NCBI RefSeq assembly: GCF_009914755.1
Contig: NC_060931.1
DNA from: the human T2T-CHM13v2.0 reference genome, Homo sapiens
Strand: one strand, 5' to 3'
Length of the DNA: 64,000 bases
Under the pieces are notes generated by a model. That model did no database searches. It saw only the letters and a program-made list of their open reading frames with translations, and was not told the origin of the DNA. Made by a program: the position numbers and the translations under genes. Of the stretch, positions 57,011 through 64,000 are shown in pieces (position 1 is the first letter of the stretch; each line of letters opens with the position of its first letter).

Positions 57011-59651
57011 TTTAGTAATAATTTGTTGCTTTATACACTTATGATGTGTATATATTTATATGTGTATATTTTATTTCAATATAGTGTGGTAAAATATAAA
57101 AATATTCAATGTGGAAATTATGATTTTATGTCACAGAAGAGGATATTCTAGCTTTTCCCATTAAAATATCTTACTTTTAGATTATACTAAAAATTTTTGA
57201 TTACCATTTTCGAAAATGAATAGGGCCTTTACCTCTAAGACTAGAAACTGGATTTCTTCTTCATTATTCCTCTTTTCTATATTTAATCAGAGGTAGGGAT
57301 TTAAAAGTATTGCTAAAGTTCTCATAATTTTTAATGAGGTAATTATTTGGCTACCCTTTAAGCATTCTGTTATCTTCATAAGAGAGTAATAAACCAATTT
57401 TTTAAAAATCCAATTTCAGAGTGGTTGGACAAATGGATCTCACTTGAGATGATTACCAGCAGGGGAGATATTATTTCAATACAATCAAAGACTACCAATG
57501 GAACACATGGAAATATACCCTGCAATTCTTTTAGGTCCTAGTCCTAAGATGTCAAGCAAAATGAGCCAAAGTCTTGAAGAAAAAGAAAAGATGGATTGTG
57601 CATGGAGAACACATATTTATTTCCTACCATAAACTAGGAACTGTCCATATGTATATTAATATTGTCAATAACATTATGAAATAGGTGGGGATTTTTCCTG
57701 CTGCTGTTAAACAGCAGAGAGTCTGTCACATAACTATTAATGATCCAGCCAGAGAGCAAATAAAAATCTGCCTATTGCTAAGGCTGGTGGCCTTCTAGTT
57801 TATCATAAATGCATCATGGTCACAAGAAGTGTTTTAAAGATGGCAAATCCCTAATCATGACACAGTTATTATTCTGCTGTCACTGGAATTATAAACTTAG
57901 AAAAGTAGTAACCAGGTTGACACGCCACCTGAAAAAAAATTCAATGTCAGTCAACACTGAGGATCCTTGGTGCCCTCAAAATGATCCATAGACTAAAATA
58001 TATGAGAACTAGTATTCTAGAAGATATTTCCTTAGCCAAATTCTTGTCTTCTTTCATATAATCACATTTCAGTAAATTTATCCTTCAGATGATCTAATTC
58101 TCTCTGGATATATGTGACTTTTCACTTGGGTCTGCAGATTTGGACAAACTTATAAGGGTCATATAATATATTTCCTTTTTAGTTTGTAGCAACTTGGTCA
58201 GATTAAATATCTAGAGGTAGAAAATAAAACTAGAAAGGCTTTTTTTTTACTTTTTAAAAAATTTTTTATACTTCGAACATTTTCTCTCATGATTCAGTAT
58301 TAACTTTCACTTAACAGCAATCTCAAAAGTATGCCTCTTAGTCAGTTCCCTAGGGAAAATGGTAAACCAATAAAAACAGAGACAGTATAATCATTTTTGG
58401 CACGAGAGCATAACTTATTTGAACAGATCAGGAAGCATCAATAAAATATAGTGACGCACAAGATAAATGGAAATGTGATATACTGTAGAGTTATAGACTA
58501 ACAAGTGTCTCTTCTCCTAATATACATGTCAATCTAGCAAGGCGATGGTCTAAAGCTCTCTGATGTCTATCAGGTCATGGGGTCATCCTGGGAAAACATG
58601 GTGCAGATTATGTAGAAATCTGTAAATAGAACAGTGCAAATAAAGAGAGGGATTTATATCTTCATGTGTTTCAAGAGATAATGTTTCAATTGGAAAATTA
58701 TAGTATTTGGGCCTTGTGGGGAATGTCACAGTTTCCGGATTTAAAAAATACCTTTGTTGAAACAGCCATTTATGAAATACCCAAATCCTTGATTTAAAAA
58801 CAAAAAATAGAAAAACAGAAAGAAGAAAGGAGAGAAAACCCCAGATTTTGTACTGCATTTTTCAGAACATAAAGTAAGAGAAAAATTAACTACACCTTCT
58901 GAGATAATATCTGTGTGAAATGTTAAGCCTCAAACCAATTGATTTCTAGCAAAAGGATTAATAGTTGATATGTTAAATTTTCTCTCTATTTCAAATGCTT
59001 AAATGTGAAAACATTCATTAATCTTATCTTTGGCAAGTAGATGAATTAAATATATAGATTGATAAATAATGTTTGGCAGGCTCCAATTTTATTTGATTAC
59101 CATATCATTACCCACAAGACAAATTATATGCTACCATTAAAATATCTGTAATCAAAAAACTTAATAAGTATAAAGTTTATTACATTTATCAGACTTTTTT
59201 AAGAAGAAAATCTAAGCCTGAAAACTTTTTAATTATGCATCTTTCCTGAGGCAATATATTATATATATGGTTTTTCAGTTCAAAATGTAAACCCACATCA
59301 AGGAACTCTTACTGACTTCACTTCTGAACCAGGCATTTCTCGGCACTAGGAAAGAAAGATAAACAGGATACCATGCCTGCCAGAAGAAAACTTACAGTGT
59401 CATAGGAAAATGAGGAAGCAAAAGTAATTTAAATTTACTATGGTAATTTAGGTGAGAGAGATTTGCACTGAAGAAATGTAGTTAATTAAGTTTTTAAATA
59501 ATTAGAAAGCTCTTCCTTGCGGAAGTAATACAACAGCTGAGTCTAAATGTATTATACTGACTCATCGAATTAGAAATGAAGTCCCTTCCAGGGAAAGAAA
59601 ACAGCATGAACAAAAGCAGAGAAGTGTGAAATAGCATAGTGCGTGCACTAA

Positions 59652-59652
<1 letters not shown>

Positions 59653-59708
<56 letters not shown>
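59653..59708. repeat. Compound (TG)n(AG)n microsatellite
   Basis: Seen directly. Confidence 0.96.
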
Positions 59709-59711
<3 letters not shown>

Positions 59712-60723
59712 TCCAAGTATGAGGGAAGAGGAAGGGAATAACAGATGATGCAGCTGAAATAGCAGATCATGATGATCTTACGTGATTTTTGTTAATGGAT
59801 GATACAATCAGACTTATGTTTTAGACTCACTCATTTGTGTGTATTGCAAAATTTTGAGAGGTACAAGCTGATGCATGAATCACATGGGACTCTGCAGTTA
59901 CTCAGGGATAGGTAATAAGAATCCAAGATAAAGCAATATATATACAAATGGAACAAAATGGGACCTTTTTTTTTCATCATATGCAAGTGATGAAAAGTGT
60001 AAGACTTGATACTTAATTAGATGTAACTAGTAAGAGCGAGGGGTAGCCTGGTTAGCTCCCCAATCCCTATCTTAGGTGTTATATAGATGGAGGTATCACT
60101 AAATGAGATGGAAAATACAGGAAGAATACTAAGACTTGTGATTTAAAGGAGGAGAGAACAGTGAATAATGATGTGAGCGTGGGTTACATGTGAGACATCC
60201 AAGTGATATGCACTGGGTAATTTTATATATTTTTTCTAAAGGTCAAAATAGAGATAAGGTCAAGAAATAAATATCTGGCATAAAAATAAGCCCAGGATTG
60301 TTAGCTACAATTTAGAATATAATTAAGATGGTCTAAGAAAAAAAGAAAACTTTTTCTTAAAAAGCTAGTATTTGAAAGGGAGTTCTAGAATGACAACACT
60401 GCAATGGAGAATGGGAAAAAATATACATATATATATAAAGCAACCAAGAGAAAGGGTTTCAGAAAACTAAAAATACAGAGTTCAGCCATTGATTTTACAT
60501 CATGAAAGTTATTGGCTCATGTTCCTTTACCAGGATAGAGTGACTGGGCTTGAAAACAGTTAACAGTTGGTTAAAAAATTGGTAAGAGGTGAAGAACCTT
60601 GAAGAATGACTACTGGTCCTCTCTCAAAAGAACTATTCTAAAAAGGGAGGGAGGCAGAGAAAAGAGGAATCCCCTACACCTCCACTGTAGAGGAGGGGAA
60701 GAGAGAGAGAATTAGAATTACTT

Positions 60724-60793
60724 AGAATTTAAGAATAAAAAGAAGTTATTTAGAATAGGATTTAAGAATAGAAAGAAGTTATTTAGATTAGGA
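60724..60793. repeat. Two-copy tandem duplication of about 33 bp
   Basis: atttaagaata(a/g)aaagaagttatttaga(a/t)tagg occurs twice. Confidence 0.85.
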
Positions 60794-61107
60794 GAAACTG
60801 TCAATGAAGCTGATAAAGAAGAGAACGGATAAGCAATGGTTTAAGCTCCCTGAGAAGAAAGGACATGGAACCAAGAGCTTGAACACAGAAACTGGCCTCC
60901 GTGGGGAAGGCCCCTCAAATTCTGAGAAGAAAAGAAAATATTACAGTAGAGTAACATAGATAACTTGGGCTGTGGGATGGGATTGAATTTGAGTCATATG
61001 TGACTGTGCATCTCAATTTTTTAAAGGAAAACAGGAGAGGAGATTAAAGAGAATAGATTTGATTTGGGAGCTTAAAGAAACCAGTGAAAACTATGACAAA
61101 GTATGAC

Positions 61108-61669
61108 TGTAGGAAAGAGTTTTCCTTTACCCTCTTAGGCTCTATGGCTGGGCAAGAGAAATAAACTGACAAAAGACAAAATAACAGGAAAGAAGTGTAG
61201 ACATTTATTTAATGTCTTTACTTGCATATGAAGGGCTGTATATATAAAAAATGAAGAGCCCAAAAGTAGATATGCCTGAGACAGCTTATATACCATTTTA
61301 ACAAAGAGTGATAAGTTGTGGAGACATGAGAAAACAAATTAAAAGAGAGAGAGATTTAGCTAGGAGCAGTAAATTGGAGGAAAATGACTGGGAAATATAT
61401 AAGGAAAACTAATTGAAGATAAGGGTTATTTTACTAGATTTGTTTGTACAGATTCATCTTAGCACCAACTCCCCAGCTCCAGTGATAAAACAAATATTCT
61501 CTCCTTGGTACAAGGACTTCTTTTTCAGAAACTCATGCCCTACTTTTCGGTAAAAAGGGAGAAGTAAGAAACCCTTTCCTGCATCTATCTTTTCTCAATT
61601 GCCTTCAGCTCAAAATAATAAATATACCAAAATGGCATATTTTGGGGTAACATATTCTGATTCCCTTCA
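61108..61669 (-). mobile_element. MER34/MER39-like ERV1 solo LTR
   Basis: The minus strand starts tgaagggaatcagaatatgttaccccaaaatatgccattttgg and ends ...cctaca. Confidence 0.75.
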
Positions 61670-62936
61670 GAGCTAAAAGTAAAAAAGGTAAAGAAACATA
61701 GAGGCTATAGTGGAAGTGAACTTTTCTATTCTACATTTTTAATTAGAACTTTCAATCCCAATGTCAAATTCAGCATAATTTCAGCACATCTCCCCATTCA
61801 AAGGATAATTTAAATAACTCAAAAATGTAAATAAATGACAAGAACTATAAAGATGTTGGTAGAAAAAGAAAACACAAGGCAGTCCAGAGACTATGAGAAC
61901 TCTTGGAATATCTAAAACAAATGGAATTATGAGAGAAATAGAAAAAGGAATACTACAGTCCTGAAATTAAGAGCAACAGGGCCTGTAAGAAGTTTCATGC
62001 TGAGAGTCAATAAACTTAAGATCCTTGAGTAAGGTTTCTCGACTACTAATCATAGTCATTAAATGGAACTTCATTTTGAACAGCTCAACCAGATAGGTCC
62101 AGGGGGTTTTACCCTCAGCCTAGAAACCAAGAACTGCTATGAAAGCAAAATGAAACATCTGCCCTGGGAGTTATGCAAATATGGGTGTTGCAGACTAGGA
62201 ATCATTTGGAAACTCACCTTGAAGTAGCTCTAGAGTCTTGACCAACATACTCCGAGATAAATAAAAGCAAAGATAGCTTTACCCAAGAGTGAAATACAAT
62301 GAGTACAAAACTCTTCTTGGATTGGTAATGGTGGAGACCATAGCTTTCCAACTTGCTGCACATGTACACACACTGAATCCTAACCAACAGTAAGCACTGA
62401 TGTAGAGCCCTCAGATGTGCTCCTCTACAGAACATGCCTATTGGAGAAATTTACCTGAACCAAAGCAGAGGAAAATTATAGCAGCTACCTAGATAATTAA
62501 CCCAGCCCTTCATTTTCAAATATAAATTAGTAAGTAGACAAGGATCATCAGATGAAGAAAAGGACAAAACTAAATGAAAGGAAGCAAGATAAACTGAACT
62601 GGAAAACAAAAATAATTCAACAAAGAAAAAAGAAACTTGTTTCAAATTTGTGATTAGTGTAACAATAGATAATTAAAATAATATTAACATTAATATTAAT
62701 TAAAGGTGTACTATAAATTCTTAATATGTAATTAATATCTAATTTTATAAATAAGAATAAAATGTAATTTTCATAGGCGTCCTTTTATAGATACCATTTG
62801 GTAGATAAATAAATTTTGCTACAAGTTCAAAGTGAATTTTTTCTAATGCAAATGGTATTTAAGTATAGTTGAAGCCAAAATATTAATACCTACCTTAGGC
62901 AAGATTAGATGTAGGCAGAGAAAGATCATTTATTCT

Positions 62937-63271
<335 letters not shown>

Positions 63272-63689
63272 TTATCAATATAAAAAAGTCATTAAGATGT
63301 GTCCATTTAAATATGAGACTTTTATTACAAGAAAATTTTAGAAGTGAGCAACAACTAATGAGATTAGAAAAACTTAATTTTATTGAAGTATAGATTTTGT
63401 GCCCACTTAAAAGAAAGGAAAATGTTTTTAACTTGTGTTTTTTAACAGCAGTTTTAGTTCTATGATAGTTAAGCTCACTTGGAGTAGTAAAATATGAAGC
63501 AGGCTGGAATATGAAGATGCCACACTGTCCTGGGTGCTTTTTTAATTTAATTTTATTTATTTTTATTTTTTGCAACACAGAGCGGGCAACCTATGCTACA
63601 TGTTTTGGCAATGCTATTTTTTGTTACATCTCATCAGGAGGCACATAACATAAGGTTGTTCCATTTTTACTGATGTTAAGATTGATGAT

Positions 63690-63828
63690 GGGGCCTGGGA
63701 AAATTCCTGAGACCCAGGTGCAAGCTATACCAATTAAATCTGAATATCCAGAGTTGGTGGTCAGGCATAGTAATTTTTAAAAGATACTCAGGTGATGCCA
63801 ATATGTGTGTGGCAAAGTTTGGAAAACA
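63690..63828. mobile_element. MER5A-like hAT fragment
   Basis: accaattaaatctgaatatccagag...ggcatagtaatttttaa...caggtgatgccaatatg...aaagtttggaaaac. Confidence 0.6.
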
Positions 63829-64000
63829 AAAGGTCAAAGTGATTCTAGCCTCATCTATTCATTTATATAAATCGCCATTAACATTTAATTCATGGTTTCA
63901 GTGTAATGATTAATGCTTAGATTCAATATTCATTAGGGTTTATAAATGATGACTTATCAAAGTTCTATCTATTTCTGAACTCATTAGCTGGACTTCTATA

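Overview
AT-rich primate (probably human) genomic DNA, dense in Alu, L1, L2, MIR, MaLR/ERV LTRs and DNA-transposon fossils. It contains no intact protein-coding gene, and most ORF-track entries are repeat-derived or random. Two gene-derived objects lie on the minus strand. (1) A multi-exon cadherin-related gene: I reconstructed 7 GT-AG exons by hand (27712->1784, 990 nt, 330 codons). They splice in frame into three extracellular cadherin repeats, and the only frame-disrupting lesion in these seven exons is one TAA at 27564-27566. Three of the exons are absent from the ORF track, and the gene should continue beyond the left edge. (2) A processed DDX43 (HAGE) pseudogene at about 30780-31478. It retains only the N-terminus and KH domain, appears to skip an internal exon, lacks the whole helicase core and is still CpG-rich. 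From memory this pairing fits CDHR17P/DDX43P3 near HGF on 7q21.11, which I could not verify. Other notable items are a full-length HSMAR2 mariner followed by a templated partial copy of itself, a two-LTR MLT1 element interrupted by a truncated L1PA, and an old local duplication of about 190 bp. I found no evidence for a wholly new biological system. The best lead is the nearly intact cadherin-related unitary pseudogene.
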